Shown piece after piece: positions 9,241-20,100 of a DNA stretch of 36,470 nt. The position numbers were made by a program, and so were the translations under genes. The stretch lies in the NCBI GenBank assembly GCA_039930405.1, contig JBDTTW010000221.1:1-36470 (forward strand), read 5' to 3'. A model generated the notes under the pieces. That model was not told the origin of the DNA and did not search any database. It worked only from the letters and a program-made list of their open reading frames with translations. This DNA is from a bacterium (GTDB lineage: Bacteria; Acidobacteriota; Blastocatellia; Pyrinomonadales; Pyrinomonadaceae). Within the stretch, counting starts at the first letter, position 1, and every line of letters starts with the position of its first letter.

Positions 9241-10863
9241 CTAACGCCTTTCGAATCTGCCTCCCGTGCGAGCAAGATTCACCCCTGCTGCAATCAAAGC
9301 CTCGGTGTCCACCCCTGGGTCTTTGCCATCGCTCCCTCGGTTGCGCGTGCGGCTGTTTGCTGCCAACCGCCAATTGCCATGCGCAAAATCGCTGAAGCCG
9401 ATTCGTTGATACGAACCAAAAAAGTAGTTACCAGATGGATACTTATCCGGCAGACGATCGTTCGCAGCAATGCCAAGGTTGTCAGCAAAGACATTGCCCT
9501 TGAACACGGCGCCGGGAAAGCAGTTGCAAAACATGTTCTCCGGACCGCAGTCAGAACCATCCGTCAGACACACGATGCCGTACTGGTTGAGCTGAACAAT
9601 GTTGTCACGAAAAACAAAACTGCGGCTGGGCAGGCCGTAAGCAGTAATCACATTTCCTGCTTGCTGTACGGTGTTGTGCTCCACGGTGATTTGCTGGCCG
9701 CCATTAGTTTGCAGAAAGTAGGGAATGTTACCGGGATCGTTGGCTACGATGTCGACTAACAAATTGTTGGCAATGCGAATGTTTTTCGCTTCCTGACTGC
9801 GATGTTCGTTGTCATTGCCAAGAATGTTTATGCCGCTACTCGCGTGACGCACGATATTATTCTCGACCACAACGTCCTCTATTACGCTCCAGGGCGCCTT
9901 GCCACTCTGGTTACGAACTGTCAACACGATTGCAGTCGTAAGTATGTCGCTTTCGATCAAATTCCCGTCAATCACAACGCGCCGCGCGTTCTTCAATTCC
10001 AGCGTGCCTTTGATACCGGCGCGTCCCAGCCATTCCTTTGGTTTGCGTAGAAAGTTTCGGCGAATTTCAATGTCCGACGGCACCAGATTCGCGATTGACG
10101 GATCACCGCCGCCAATCAGAATCACTTCACCGGCGCCTTCCAGATAATTGTTGACGATATGAAATGGACCAGGCCCATTCCAGCCGGCAATTGCCTGCGT
10201 TTCATCACTCGCGCCTGCAAATCCGGAGACGTGCGAATTGATGACTGAAGTTTCGACGCTGTTCAAAGCAAACCCGCGACGCGCGCGGTTCAAGCCGGTG
10301 GAGTGAACATAACAACGATCGAAAATAAGGTGGTGAGGAAATTGAGCAGTCGACGTGTAATCCGAACTGCCCAGTTCCACAACGTTGTAGACATAAGCCG
10401 CATTTTGCGCCGGCATAAATTCCACGCCAACAAATTTGTAATGATGCGCGCCTGGCTCGGTAGCGACAGCAGGTTTTTCATTCGGCGCGACGATCTTAGG
10501 TAGCGCGCGTGACTGAACCTCCGGCTTGATGCGTTCTCCGTCCGACGCAATCGCAGCTAGATCAGTCGTGCGAATGGTGATGTAGTCGGCATCGGTCCCT
10601 GAACCCGCACCCTTGAAGGGAAGAATTACCGGCCCGCTAAAAGTCGCGCCGGCTTCCAGGACGATGGTGTCGCCAAAGCGTGCCGACTTGACTGCCGCTT
10701 GCAAGTCATCGCCCGCGCGCAGCCTGATCGTACGACTGGGCGCGGCAACACGTTGCGCCCTTTGGGTGAATCCGGAAACCGCCCAGGTTCCCAGCGCGAC
10801 ACAAAAGACAGCCAGCCCCATTTGAAATTTGAATTTCACAGTCGTTAGATCTTTCGTCGTCAT
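9241..10863 (-). CDS. Secreted or membrane-anchored right-handed parallel beta-helix repeat protein; candidate polysaccharide lyase, hydrolase or epimerase
   Basis: It has an N-terminal hydrophobic anchor (GLAVFCVALGTWAVSG). Repeated beta-helix rungs follow: INSHVSGFAG, VNNYLEGAG, VENNIVRHASSGINILGND, IANNLLVDIV, VEHNTVQQAGNVI, RDNIVQLNQYGIV, KGNVFADNLG. The ATG at 10863 (MTTKDL) forms an ATGA overlap with the DUF218 stop. The track ORF extends to 10884. Confidence 0.7.
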   Translation of the reverse strand: MTTKDLTTVKFKFQMGLAVFCVALGTWAVSGFTQRAQRVAAPSRTIRLRAGDDLQAAVKSARFGDTIVLEAGATFSGPVILPFKGAGSGTDADYITIRTTDLAAIASDGERIKPEVQSRALPKIVAPNEKPAVATEPGAHHYKFVGVEFMPAQNAAYVYNVVELGSSDYTSTAQFPHHLIFDRCYVHSTGLNRARRGFALNSVETSVINSHVSGFAGASDETQAIAGWNGPGPFHIVNNYLEGAGEVILIGGGDPSIANLVPSDIEIRRNFLRKPKEWLGRAGIKGTLELKNARRVVIDGNLIESDILTTAIVLTVRNQSGKAPWSVIEDVVVENNIVRHASSGINILGNDNEHRSQEAKNIRIANNLLVDIVANDPGNIPYFLQTNGGQQITVEHNTVQQAGNVITAYGLPSRSFVFRDNIVQLNQYGIVCLTDGSDCGPENMFCNCFPGAVFKGNVFADNLGIAANDRLPDKYPSGNYFFGSYQRIGFSDFAHGNWRLAANSRTRNRGSDGKDPGVDTEALIAAGVNLARTGGRFERR

Positions 10864-11510
10864 TGCAAGTTCAACCGATAACACAACAGCTTCCCGTACT
10901 CCTTACCCACTACTTGCCAACCAAATGACTTGAACCACCAGGTGGCCGGCGACGGCGTATCAATCCCTGCCGCTACCGGGTCCATTCCGATTTGGGTTTC
11001 GGTGTCGCTGAACACTTTTCGAAAAGTGAACAACGCGCGACGCGAGTGATAGCCTGACGTGACCACAACAATTGAATGAATGTTATGACTTTCGGAATAG
11101 ACCTTGATTAGACAGGCCTCGTGATATGTGCCCAGAATCGGATCCATCAGCACTTCAATGTTTTGTTCCGGAACGCCCAACTGAATTAATTCATCTTTCG
11201 CTCGCTCGTAGTAAAACGGATTCCGTTGTTCCTTCTCGGACCAACCACTCTGAAGATTATCATTCGTCAAAATGATTTTCGGGGCGACGCCCTGGTTGTA
11301 AAGCTGCGCTGCGTGTCGAGCGCGTTCGTGAAAAGTGGCCGAGCCGCTCATCATCACAATGATGTCGGCGTGCGCCACCGGCGCGCGTACAACTAACAAA
11401 CGGGCAGCGCCCCAAGCCAAAGCGGGCAACAGCGCCAGCACCGCCACGACGGCGATCATTAGCACCCAGACAATTTGATTCTTATTTTTCAAAACCAGAT
11501 TCCCAATCAA
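10860..11510 (-). CDS. DUF218 (YdcF/ElyC/SanA-like) membrane-anchored protein
   Basis: 216 aa with an N-terminal TM helix and DUF218-type motifs: IIVMMSGS...ERARHAAQLYNQG...IILTND and VVVTSGYHSRRA. Its start abuts the algD stop (11510/11511). Confidence 0.7.
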   Translation of the reverse strand: MIGNLVLKNKNQIVWVLMIAVVAVLALLPALAWGAARLLVVRAPVAHADIIVMMSGSATFHERARHAAQLYNQGVAPKIILTNDNLQSGWSEKEQRNPFYYERAKDELIQLGVPEQNIEVLMDPILGTYHEACLIKVYSESHNIHSIVVVTSGYHSRRALFTFRKVFSDTETQIGMDPVAAGIDTPSPATWWFKSFGWQVVGKEYGKLLCYRLNLQ

Positions 11511-12827
11511 CTACCAACAGATCCCCTGGTACAGGCCCTCAGCAACTGCTGGTTTCTCAAACAGCCGCACCAGGTCAATTACGATCTGCCCATTCCGAAT
11601 TTCGGATTCAATACTCCGAAACTCTTCAGCTTTGTTACCGATTACCAAAACGTCTGCGTCATTCACGACTTCGGCGACGCTGCCGCGCATCAGTTGCGAA
11701 ATGTGCGGGATCTCGCGTTCGATGTATTGCTTATTGGCGCCGAACAGTTTTGCCAGTGAAACATCTTTATCGTAAATCGCGAGCTGAAGGCCTTTGCCAA
11801 TCAGCGTTTCAATCAGCGTGACCATCGGCGATTCACGCAAATCATCAGTGCCGGCTTTGAAACTAAAGCCCAAAACTCCGACGCGCTTCTTGCCGGTTGC
11901 GAGCACCATGTTTACTGCCCGCTCAATCTGGAGGCGATTACTCGGCAAGATTGCTGAAAGCACCGGCGCTTCCACGTCGAGTTGTTTTGCTTTGTAGTTG
12001 ATGGCGCGCAAATCTTTCGGCAGGCATGAACCGCCGAAGGCGAAGCCCGGCGTGAAGTAGTACGGCGACAAGTTGAGTTTCGTATCTTGCGTGAAGACGT
12101 TCATCACTTCATGACTGTCGATTCCCGCCGCTTTGCAGATGTTCCCAATCTCATTCGCGAAACTAACTTTCAGCGCGTGAAAACAGTTGCACGCATACTT
12201 GACCATCTCGGCGGTTTTGAGCGACGTCACAAACAGCGGCGCTTCAATGCCCTCGTAGAGTTTGCCGATTAACGTCGCCGTTACTTCATCGTCAGCCCCG
12301 ACTAAGGTGAATGGCGGCGCGTAAAAATCTTTCAGCGAACTGCCTTCGCGCAGGAATTCCGGATTGATGCAGACGCCAAAATCCTTGTTTGCCTGCTTGC
12401 CTGAATGCTCTTCCAGCGTCGGAATAACTACGCTTTCGATTGTGCCCGGCAGCATCGTGCTACGAATAACAACGGTGTGTCGTGCAGCTTTGGACTTCAT
12501 CGCCGTGCCAATGTCTTCACAAACTCGCTTGACGTGACTGAGATCCAGGCTGCCATTCGCGTTGCTAGGCGTGCCCACGCAAACGAGCGAAACTTCTGTC
12601 TCGCGAATCGCGTCGCACGGACAAGTGACTGCGCGCAAACGACCAGCGCCAACCATCTCGGCTATCAGCTCTTCGAGCCCTGCTTCGACGATGGGACTCT
12701 TGCCAGAGTTAATGATTCCAACCTTTGTTGGGTTGAGGTCGACGCCGATCACGCCGTGGCCCGCTTTCGCGAAGCACGCTGCTGAGACGCAGCCGACATA
12801 GCCAATACCGAAAACGCTTATTCTCAT
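11511..12827 (-). CDS. algD: GDP-mannose 6-dehydrogenase (AlgD-type nucleotide-sugar dehydrogenase)
   Basis: From the ATG at 12827 it is 438 aa. It is collinear with P. aeruginosa AlgD as I remember that sequence. Matching stretches are MRISVFGIGYVGCVSAACFAKAGHGVIGVDLNPTKVGIINSGKSPIVEAGLEEL, CVGTPS, NPEFLREG, PGFAFGGSCLPKDLRA, SFKAGTDDLRESP and the terminal QGICW. The track ORF start at 12926 would overlap the upstream GT2. The 12827 start lies 7 nt after that stop. Confidence 0.88.
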   Translation of the reverse strand: MRISVFGIGYVGCVSAACFAKAGHGVIGVDLNPTKVGIINSGKSPIVEAGLEELIAEMVGAGRLRAVTCPCDAIRETEVSLVCVGTPSNANGSLDLSHVKRVCEDIGTAMKSKAARHTVVIRSTMLPGTIESVVIPTLEEHSGKQANKDFGVCINPEFLREGSSLKDFYAPPFTLVGADDEVTATLIGKLYEGIEAPLFVTSLKTAEMVKYACNCFHALKVSFANEIGNICKAAGIDSHEVMNVFTQDTKLNLSPYYFTPGFAFGGSCLPKDLRAINYKAKQLDVEAPVLSAILPSNRLQIERAVNMVLATGKKRVGVLGFSFKAGTDDLRESPMVTLIETLIGKGLQLAIYDKDVSLAKLFGANKQYIEREIPHISQLMRGSVAEVVNDADVLVIGNKAEEFRSIESEIRNGQIVIDLVRLFEKPAVAEGLYQGICW

Positions 12828-12834
12828 AAATGAC

Positions 12835-13908
12835 TTAGCCTCGAGGCGATGGATGCACGAGTCCAACCAGGAAGCTCGTTCCCCAGGAAATGTGTATGGT
12901 GAAAAAGATGACCGGCAGCAAAGCAATCATGCGAGCGTCTCTCCCGTACTTTTCACTCGTAAATGCAAAACCAAATCCCGCCAGCGCATGACTGGCCAAC
13001 AGGAAAGTCAACGCATACAGCGCAACAGGACTCAGAAAACCAAGCGCCGCGAGAAAGAGAATTGCGAGAATGAAAGCCGGGGCAGCGGTGTGGCGCAGCT
13101 TCAGCGAACGAGGTTGTTGTTTCAACATTTGCGCTTTCCAATATCCATAGCGCAGGTACTGGCTGACCAACGAACCTAACGTTGCGCGCGCAAAGTAGTC
13201 GCAGTGTTCACTGCGATCGAGCACCACGCGCTCCCCGCGCTCCCGCACCCGGTAGTTGAAATCGTAATCTTCGTTAGTTAACAGCTTTTCATTAAAGCCC
13301 CCCAGCGACTTCCATAACGATCTTCGGAAACAGGCAAACGCAACAGTGTCGACCTCCTCCGGTTCCGCAAAACTTGGCGCGACATCGAGGCGATACTTGG
13401 CATCTCCAATTCCAAAGCGATGAGAAACTGCGACGGCGATTGCGCGGGCCATCGGGCTTTCGGCGCTGGGCCGGACGCGACACGGCATACCGACGACCGC
13501 TGCCCGGCGCTCATTTAGGACGGCCACGCAACGGCGAATGTATCCGGCCGAGGGCGCCGCGTGTGCATCGATGCGCGCAATGATCTCGCCGCGGGCGGCG
13601 GCGATACCGAGGTTAAGCCCATGGGGAATAGTGCGGGTGGGATTGTCGATAATCGTTAAGGCAATGTCCGGGTGCATCCGTTGAAACTCTGTAACCACGG
13701 CACGAGTGCCGTCTTCCGACATGCCATCGACGATTACTATCTCGTAATAGTCCGCTGGGTATTGACCGACAAGATTCGCCAATGCTTTACCGATAAACTT
13801 TTCCTCGTTGTAGCAGGGAATAATCACTGACACACTTTCACTTGCCGGCCACGCAAAAGCGGCCGGAGCGGGAAAGGTCATCAGTTCTGCAAAAGTAGAA
13901 GTGCTCAT
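12835..13908 (-). CDS. Glycosyltransferase family 2, ExoA-like, with C-terminal TM helices
   Basis: GT-A motifs are VSVIIPCYNEEKFIGKAL, EIVIVDGMSEDGT, IIDNPTRTIPHGLNLGIAAARGEIIARIDAHA. The C-terminal third is hydrophobic. The ATG at 13908 (MSTSTF) forms an ATGA overlap with the upstream GT4 stop. The track start at 13989 is less likely. Confidence 0.8.
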   Translation of the reverse strand: MSTSTFAELMTFPAPAAFAWPASESVSVIIPCYNEEKFIGKALANLVGQYPADYYEIVIVDGMSEDGTRAVVTEFQRMHPDIALTIIDNPTRTIPHGLNLGIAAARGEIIARIDAHAAPSAGYIRRCVAVLNERRAAVVGMPCRVRPSAESPMARAIAVAVSHRFGIGDAKYRLDVAPSFAEPEEVDTVAFACFRRSLWKSLGGFNEKLLTNEDYDFNYRVRERGERVVLDRSEHCDYFARATLGSLVSQYLRYGYWKAQMLKQQPRSLKLRHTAAPAFILAILFLAALGFLSPVALYALTFLLASHALAGFGFAFTSEKYGRDARMIALLPVIFFTIHISWGTSFLVGLVHPSPRG

Positions 13909-15167
13909 CAAAAATCCGTCAGTGGTTGAATTCGTTCCCAGACTTTCAGCGCAGCGCCTGGCTGCCTTGCCTTCAATGTCCCTTCGCAAATGTTTGCGAA
14001 ACGTTCTGCAACTTGCTGCCAGCCAAACTCGGCGCGTACCAGCGTAGCTGCTCGTCGACCTAGTTCATTTGCGCGGTCGCGGTCTTGCAAAACTCCAACT
14101 ACCGCAGCAGCAAATGCTTCGGGCGTATCCGCCAGCAGGAGTTCGGCGCCGTCGGTAACCGGCAACCCTTCCGCGCCGATCGTGGTCGAGACGATTGGTT
14201 TCTCCATTGCCATGGCTTCGAAGATTTTCAAGCGCGTGCCGCCACCAACGCGCAAAGGCACCACGTAAGCAGCGGCGCGCTCCATGTATGGACGCACGTC
14301 GTCAACTCGCCCCGTAACGATGATCGAACCGTCGCTTTTTGCCAGCTCGACCAGACCCGGATATGGATTGCGGCCGACGACGGTAAGCGTCGCCTCGGGA
14401 ATTTTGGACTTAATGCGCGGCATGATTTGTTCAGTGAAATAGCGAATGGCATCTTCGTTCGGCAACCAGTCCATTGAACCGGTAAACACGAGGTTGTGCG
14501 GCGCACTTTTTTCCACTCCGCTCGGCCGAAAGAATTCTGTATCGACGCCGGTAGGCACATCAAAGATATTCTCAGCGCCGTACTCACGCTGCATTTGCTC
14601 GCGGTCCTCTTGCGAAACCGCCACCACTGCATCGAAACCGCGGCACATGCGGCGCTCAAACGCGCGCATCTTTTTCCACTGCGCAAAGAGATATGCTTTC
14701 TTCAGAGGATTGGATTGCACTTCACAGTGCCGTTTCCAGATCATCGCCTCAACATTGTGCTGAAACAGCAGCCTTGGCTTGCCGAGGTTTGCCGGCACGT
14801 TTGCGGCCGGCGCTAGAAAGTCACAAACCACAACGTCGCATTCTCCGGCTCGTCGCGAGATTTCCTCGCGCAGCTCACGCGACGCATACTTCTTAATTGC
14901 ATAAGGAAACGGCGACAGCAGATTCGAAAACAACTCCGCATAAAAGCCGGCGGTAAACTTCTCGCGCTGTCGGTGCGGAACACAAACCAGCCCGTGGCAA
15001 TACTCATTGGCGCGCTCACGTGCTGAAGCGTGGGCGGCGCCGTCATCCAAAGTCAGATACGTGATGCGATGATCGCGCTTCAGCTCCTTTAGCATGTTGT
15101 AAGTGCGGATTTTTCCGCCCTTATCAATCGGATGTAGCAGTTCAGTTTTGATCCAAAGTATGTTCAT
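13908..15167 (-). CDS. GT4 sugar transferase of the PEP-CTERM/EpsH1-system-associated type
   Basis: 419 aa. The N-terminus, MNILWIKTELLHPIDKGGKIRTYNMLKELKRDHRITYLTL, resembles the characteristic start of the exosortase-associated 'stp1' GT4 family. The C-terminal motif is GGGTRLKIFEAMAMEKPIVSTTIGAEGLPVTDGAELLLAD. Confidence 0.8.
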   Translation of the reverse strand: MNILWIKTELLHPIDKGGKIRTYNMLKELKRDHRITYLTLDDGAAHASARERANEYCHGLVCVPHRQREKFTAGFYAELFSNLLSPFPYAIKKYASRELREEISRRAGECDVVVCDFLAPAANVPANLGKPRLLFQHNVEAMIWKRHCEVQSNPLKKAYLFAQWKKMRAFERRMCRGFDAVVAVSQEDREQMQREYGAENIFDVPTGVDTEFFRPSGVEKSAPHNLVFTGSMDWLPNEDAIRYFTEQIMPRIKSKIPEATLTVVGRNPYPGLVELAKSDGSIIVTGRVDDVRPYMERAAAYVVPLRVGGGTRLKIFEAMAMEKPIVSTTIGAEGLPVTDGAELLLADTPEAFAAAVVGVLQDRDRANELGRRAATLVRAEFGWQQVAERFANICEGTLKARQPGAALKVWERIQPLTDF

Positions 15168-15187
15168 TAGGGATTTCTTAATTCGTT

Positions 15188-17134
15188 TCAGGCGCGCGCA
15201 AACTCAAGTTGCGATTCTTCAACTGCGGAACCGCGGTCGTTGTCGAAAAACTGTCGTTGCCACATTTCAAAGTTCACCAGCGCCCACAATCTTTCGGCGT
15301 GGTTCTCACCGGCCTGATGTCGCTCCACTAAGGTGCGCACAAAAGCCGGATTAAAGATCCCGCGGTCCACTGTGCGTTCACTGAGGAGATAGTCCTCGAC
15401 GACAGATGCGTACTCGCCCCGGAACCACGATCCAATCGGAACAGGAAAGCCCATCTTGGGGCGCGTCAGAATTTCAGCCGGCAGCACGCTCTTCATACTT
15501 TCGCGCAGAATGTATTTCGTGGTTGCGCCGCGCAGCTTCATGCGCTCCGGCAAGCGCGCGCTGAATTCCACCAACTTGTGATCCAGAAACGGCACGCGAC
15601 TCTCAATCGACGTCGCCATGCTCATCTGGTCCTGCTTCATCAGCAGTTCATGCAAATAGGTTTTTGTGTCCGCGTAAAGCAAACGATCGAGAAATGAGGT
15701 CGCGTCAGTGTTCGTAAAGGCATCGAGCATCCCAGCATAGGGATCAATCGCGCCAACTTGTTCGCGCGCCTTGGCAGTGAACAGCTCTTTTTGCATCGTC
15801 CGCGAGAACACAGCGAAGTTGTCAAAGTAAATGCTCTCGACATCGCTGTTGAGCGCAAGAAAAGTGCGGCGCAGTTTTTGACTCAAGTGTGATTCAGGCG
15901 GCAAGGCCGCTATTCGGTTCTTGATTGCGTTTCGTATATCGCGAGGCAGCAGGGCCTGGTAGCGTTGGCCAAGACTTAGATTTAGCAGCGTCTTGCGATA
16001 ACGCGCGTATCCGGCCAACAACTCATCGCTTCCCTCACCGGTCAGCACAACCTTCACATGCTGGGCGGCGAGTTGTGAAACAAAAAAGAGCGCGACGCTC
16101 GACGGATGCGCAATGGGCTCATCTTCGTGCCACACGAGCTGCGGCAGCGCAGCAAAGAAATCCTTTGGCGTGACAACAACCTCGTGGTGGTTTGTCTTGA
16201 ATGCGCGCGCCACCAGTCGCGCGTATTCCAGTTCATTAGCTTCACGTTCCTGAAAGGCGACCGAAAAGGTTTTGACAGGTTCGTCAACCATGCCGCTCAT
16301 GACGGCGGCGATAGCTGAAGAATCGATTCCACCCGACAGAAACATGCCCAACGGCACGTCGGCCATCAGCCGCAGCCGCACCGATTCGCGAAAGAGTTCG
16401 GACCACTCGGCGACGTAGTCGCTATCGCTGCGCCTGTCGTCACCAGTTCTCACAAAACTAACGTCCCAATATTTATTGATGCGGATTACGCCATCGCGCC
16501 AAAGCAAGGTGTGGCCGGGCAACAAACGCTTGATTCCGGCGAAAAGAGTCTCTTCGCCCGACGTTGCGTGGTTTGCGAGATAATCCGGCAGCGCCTGGTA
16601 ATTGAGTTCAGCTTTTACTTCGCCTGTTTCCAACAGCGCCTTTATTTCAGAAGCGAAGTAAAACGAACCATCGCTGGTTTGCGCATAATAAAGCGGTTTC
16701 ACTCCCAAACGATCGCGCGCCACAAACAATTCACGGTCCTGTTGGTCCCAGATCGCGAAGGCAAACATGCCGCGCAGGTGCTCGACACAACTTTGGCCAT
16801 GTTCTTCGTAAAGATGAAGAATCGTCTCGGTGTCGCAATGCGTTTCGTATCTGTGTCCACGTGCTTCGAGGGATTCGCGAAAGTCCGCGTGGTTATAGAT
16901 TTCTCCGTTGTAAACAATGTGAAGTGTGCCGTCCTCGTTGGTCATCGGTTGATGACCGCTGGCGACGTCAACGATGCTCAGCCTTCTATGACCCAGGCCC
17001 ACTCGCCCATCAATGAACAGACCCGCATCGTCTGGACCACGATGCGTCAACACGTCGCGCATGCGTTCCAGCATCGCCGCACTCACTGTGCGCTGCGATC
17101 TGTTTGATAAGGCTATGCCGTTAATTCCGCACAT
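15188..17134 (-). CDS. asnB: Asparagine synthetase B-type glutamine amidotransferase (exosortase/EPS-associated paralogue 1)
   Basis: 648 aa with an Ntn nucleophile (MCGINGIA), the GATase-II core (RGPDD, HRRLSIVD, YNGEIYN) and the PP-loop FLSGGIDSSAIAAV. Confidence 0.88.
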   Translation of the reverse strand: MCGINGIALSNRSQRTVSAAMLERMRDVLTHRGPDDAGLFIDGRVGLGHRRLSIVDVASGHQPMTNEDGTLHIVYNGEIYNHADFRESLEARGHRYETHCDTETILHLYEEHGQSCVEHLRGMFAFAIWDQQDRELFVARDRLGVKPLYYAQTSDGSFYFASEIKALLETGEVKAELNYQALPDYLANHATSGEETLFAGIKRLLPGHTLLWRDGVIRINKYWDVSFVRTGDDRRSDSDYVAEWSELFRESVRLRLMADVPLGMFLSGGIDSSAIAAVMSGMVDEPVKTFSVAFQEREANELEYARLVARAFKTNHHEVVVTPKDFFAALPQLVWHEDEPIAHPSSVALFFVSQLAAQHVKVVLTGEGSDELLAGYARYRKTLLNLSLGQRYQALLPRDIRNAIKNRIAALPPESHLSQKLRRTFLALNSDVESIYFDNFAVFSRTMQKELFTAKAREQVGAIDPYAGMLDAFTNTDATSFLDRLLYADTKTYLHELLMKQDQMSMATSIESRVPFLDHKLVEFSARLPERMKLRGATTKYILRESMKSVLPAEILTRPKMGFPVPIGSWFRGEYASVVEDYLLSERTVDRGIFNPAFVRTLVERHQAGENHAERLWALVNFEMWQRQFFDNDRGSAVEESQLEFARA

Positions 17135-17143
17135 ACGTTTTGT

Positions 17144-20100
17144 TCAGACTTCCATCTGCTCTTGCACGCTCGCGAACAATGCTTCCAGATCGTGCACCGG
17201 CAAACTCAGGTCGATTGCGCCTTCGGGCGTCTCGAACCTGAAATGATCTCCCACGCGCGTCGCGACTACATACTCAATTGGCCGCGCCGACTTGAGAATC
17301 TCTTTGCCATCGACTTGCAGGCGCTGACCATCCATGACAACTAACTCCAATAGTGCTTCCGCTGTCCGCTCATCGCTGCGGTTGAACCTGGCCCAGGTCC
17401 ATTTAAAATCGGACACGAAGCGCACGGTCTCAATCACACTTAGTGTTTCGTCGCGCAGCATTACGAAGTCGCGATGGTGTTCGCCGGTTATCTCGATCGC
17501 GCGGCCACCGATCGCTTCAACCTCATCCACTTCAAACTGCGGCGTGCCAGCAGCGAGGGGTAATAGCACCGTCAACAGCTCCGTCGGCCCGTTTGAATGC
17601 TCGGAAAAAACGCACACTGGTGCCGGGACTCTGCTTCCATAACAGTCCGAACCTGAGCCATTTTCCCTGCTCCAGCGACCTGATTCGGAAGCGCTGAAGA
17701 CTTGTAATCCGGGCGTTTCGCCGCTTTCCACGATGGGCGCCGCTGATTCCTCGGCGACTCCGGCTTGTGGCGCGGCATCCGGGGCAAAATGAAACCGTAG
17801 CGCGAGGTCGTGTTCGCCATTGGAAGTGACGCGGTCTCGCATCACCCAGTAATCATGTTTGAGGAAAAGAATGCTGCGCTTGTGCGTCGCCGGCTCCGGC
17901 AAACTTTCATAGCCGTTGTGCTTACCTGCAACGTAAGTAAACCGTCGCGCGTTGAGCCACGACAAAGGTTCGCACTTCGCCACTGTTGACCACGAGAATG
18001 GTCCGGCCGGAACGGAAGACGACTGTCCATCGATGTTCAAGGTGTTATGCGCAGCCGAGCTGCGAAACCAGTCGCGCCATTCTTTCGAGCCGGTGTAAGT
18101 GAACGTCCCCGGATCGATCAGCAACGACCGACCCTGCGCTGCAACTTCAATCGCCAACGCATCGGCGTGTGCGTGGCCGCTGTTGAGCGCGCCATGAGGA
18201 CCGCAATCGAATAGCAGATAGTTCGCCTGCGCCGTCCAACCGTCGCGCATGACGTAATAACCCGCCACTGAAAATTCTTTGCTGTCGACGCTCGGCGGGG
18301 CTGCCTTAATCTCGTCAAACTCTTGCGCGCCTTCTGGTCCCAGCAGCCAAAACGTCTCTTCGGCTAAACCGCTCGCGACGAATTTGTAATCGCCGCGATG
18401 AAACAACGCCGCGCCGTTCGACAACGCGGCGCGAAAATCGTTGACCGGGCGTCGGTCAAGAAACAACAGCCTACCCCCATCATCATCGCCAAAAAGCGGA
18501 CTCGTGCCATCAGGCCGCGTAATGTGCATCAGGTGGTCCAGCAACAATTGCAGCGTGCGCTCGACTTCAGCCGGCAGGCGCTCGTCGTTAAGACGCGCGA
18601 GAATCAGGAAATGCGTGTAGAAATCTGCGGTGTAACGGTGGTAGTAACTGGACTGTTCAAAATAGACGCCGTCGGTTCGCACCTGCCGCGAGATCTGTTC
18701 TAGCAGAATTTGCTTTCCCTGCTGGCGCCAACGATTTGCTTCCTTGAAGTCAGGCAACAATGTCCCCAGGTAAAACAATCCCAACGCCTCGCCGGTCAGA
18801 TGGGTGTTGGGGCTGAAGTAAGTTGAAAGATATGTCTCCAGATGCAGCGCGTTGAGATAAAGAAACTTCAAGAGCCGCGAATACAGGTTCGCATTTAGTG
18901 ACGGTGAATCCTTGAAAACTTCCAGCGCCCACAGCCAGGAAATCGAACGAAAGGCAATCTCAAGACTGCTGGCCCAATTGATCCCAACCTTTGGCGGGTT
19001 CTGGTCCATCCATGATTCGAGCTGCGCGACAAACGCTTCTGCGTAATGCTCGTCGCCGGTTAACCAATAGGCCTTGCCCAGCGTCACAAAGTACTGATGC
19101 CGATTCAGCTCCCAGGTAATTTTCTTGTCACCGGCTAACTCGGGATCGAGATAGTTCAAACGACTCCAGTGAATGTTTGGCGCCGCCTTTTTGGAAACAG
19201 GCTCGAGCTGCCAGTTGATAGGCTGGCCGAAATCAAGGCCTTTGAAACCAAGCAAATCAAAACGACTTTCGAGAATGCGATCGGCTTGAGCAACAATCTC
19301 AGATTCGGCTGCCGGGAATCGTCGTCTAAACTCAGCGGTGCTCTTTTCCCGATCAGCAAACGCAGCGAAGAATGCATCACGTTTTTGCACGCGGAAAGCT
19401 GCAAACAATTCGGTCAGGGAACGAAAAGTCTTTCCGCCATTGCTGGAAAGCAGTTTCAACAAACCAACGTCCGATGGCAGCTTCGTTAGACTCGACCAGC
19501 CGTGTCTTTCAGAAAAAGCAGCGACCGCTTGAGCGCTTCTCTCGCGTAGCTCGGCCACACTCATATTGCGCAGCTTCGCGAACCTGCTTGGCTTGTTGGA
19601 TTCTGGGAAGGTTTTCGCTGCAAGGTCGTGATACGACTCAACCCAGTTCTGGCCCAGCGCCTGCCATCCATACTTTTCACATTCGGCTAATGCATTATGA
19701 GTAATTGTTTGCGACAGATTCGGATTCTCAAGCAGACTCAGCGCCCGTTCGGCGAGCGCTTCGTGATCTGCTCTTGCGACGACGAAGCCATTCACGCCGT
19801 CGTTTACCATGTCGGGAATCCCGCCCGCGTCAGTGGTTACAACCGGCAAGCCGCAGGCGAAAGCTTCAAGAATTGAAAGCGGCTGGTTGTCGATTTCCGA
19901 ACCGTTCAGAAAAATGTCTGCCGCTTCATACTGCTCCACGATTGCGTCGTGCTTTACCTGCCCCACGAATTCCGTGTTGCGCAGACCCAGGTCGCGGGCC
20001 AGATTTTCCAAGGCCTCGCGTTTGCTGCCGTCGCCGGCGACGGTGAGGCGCGCATCGGGCAGTTGTTTTTGAATAAGTGCAAATGCTTGTAGCACATGGT

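Noticed and set aside
9241-10884. Possibility that the beta-helix protein is an AlgG-type mannuronan C5-epimerase, given the AlgD homologue in the locus
   Set aside because: I could not find the DPHD-type motif I associate with AlgG, nor any other alginate machinery. I left the call as a generic beta-helix polysaccharide-active protein.
11511-12827. Reading the locus as an alginate biosynthesis operon because of AlgD
   Set aside because: Alg8, Alg44, AlgK, AlgE, AlgX, AlgL and AlgI/J/F equivalents are absent. The locus is Wzx/Wzy-type, with multiple GT4 and GT2 enzymes.
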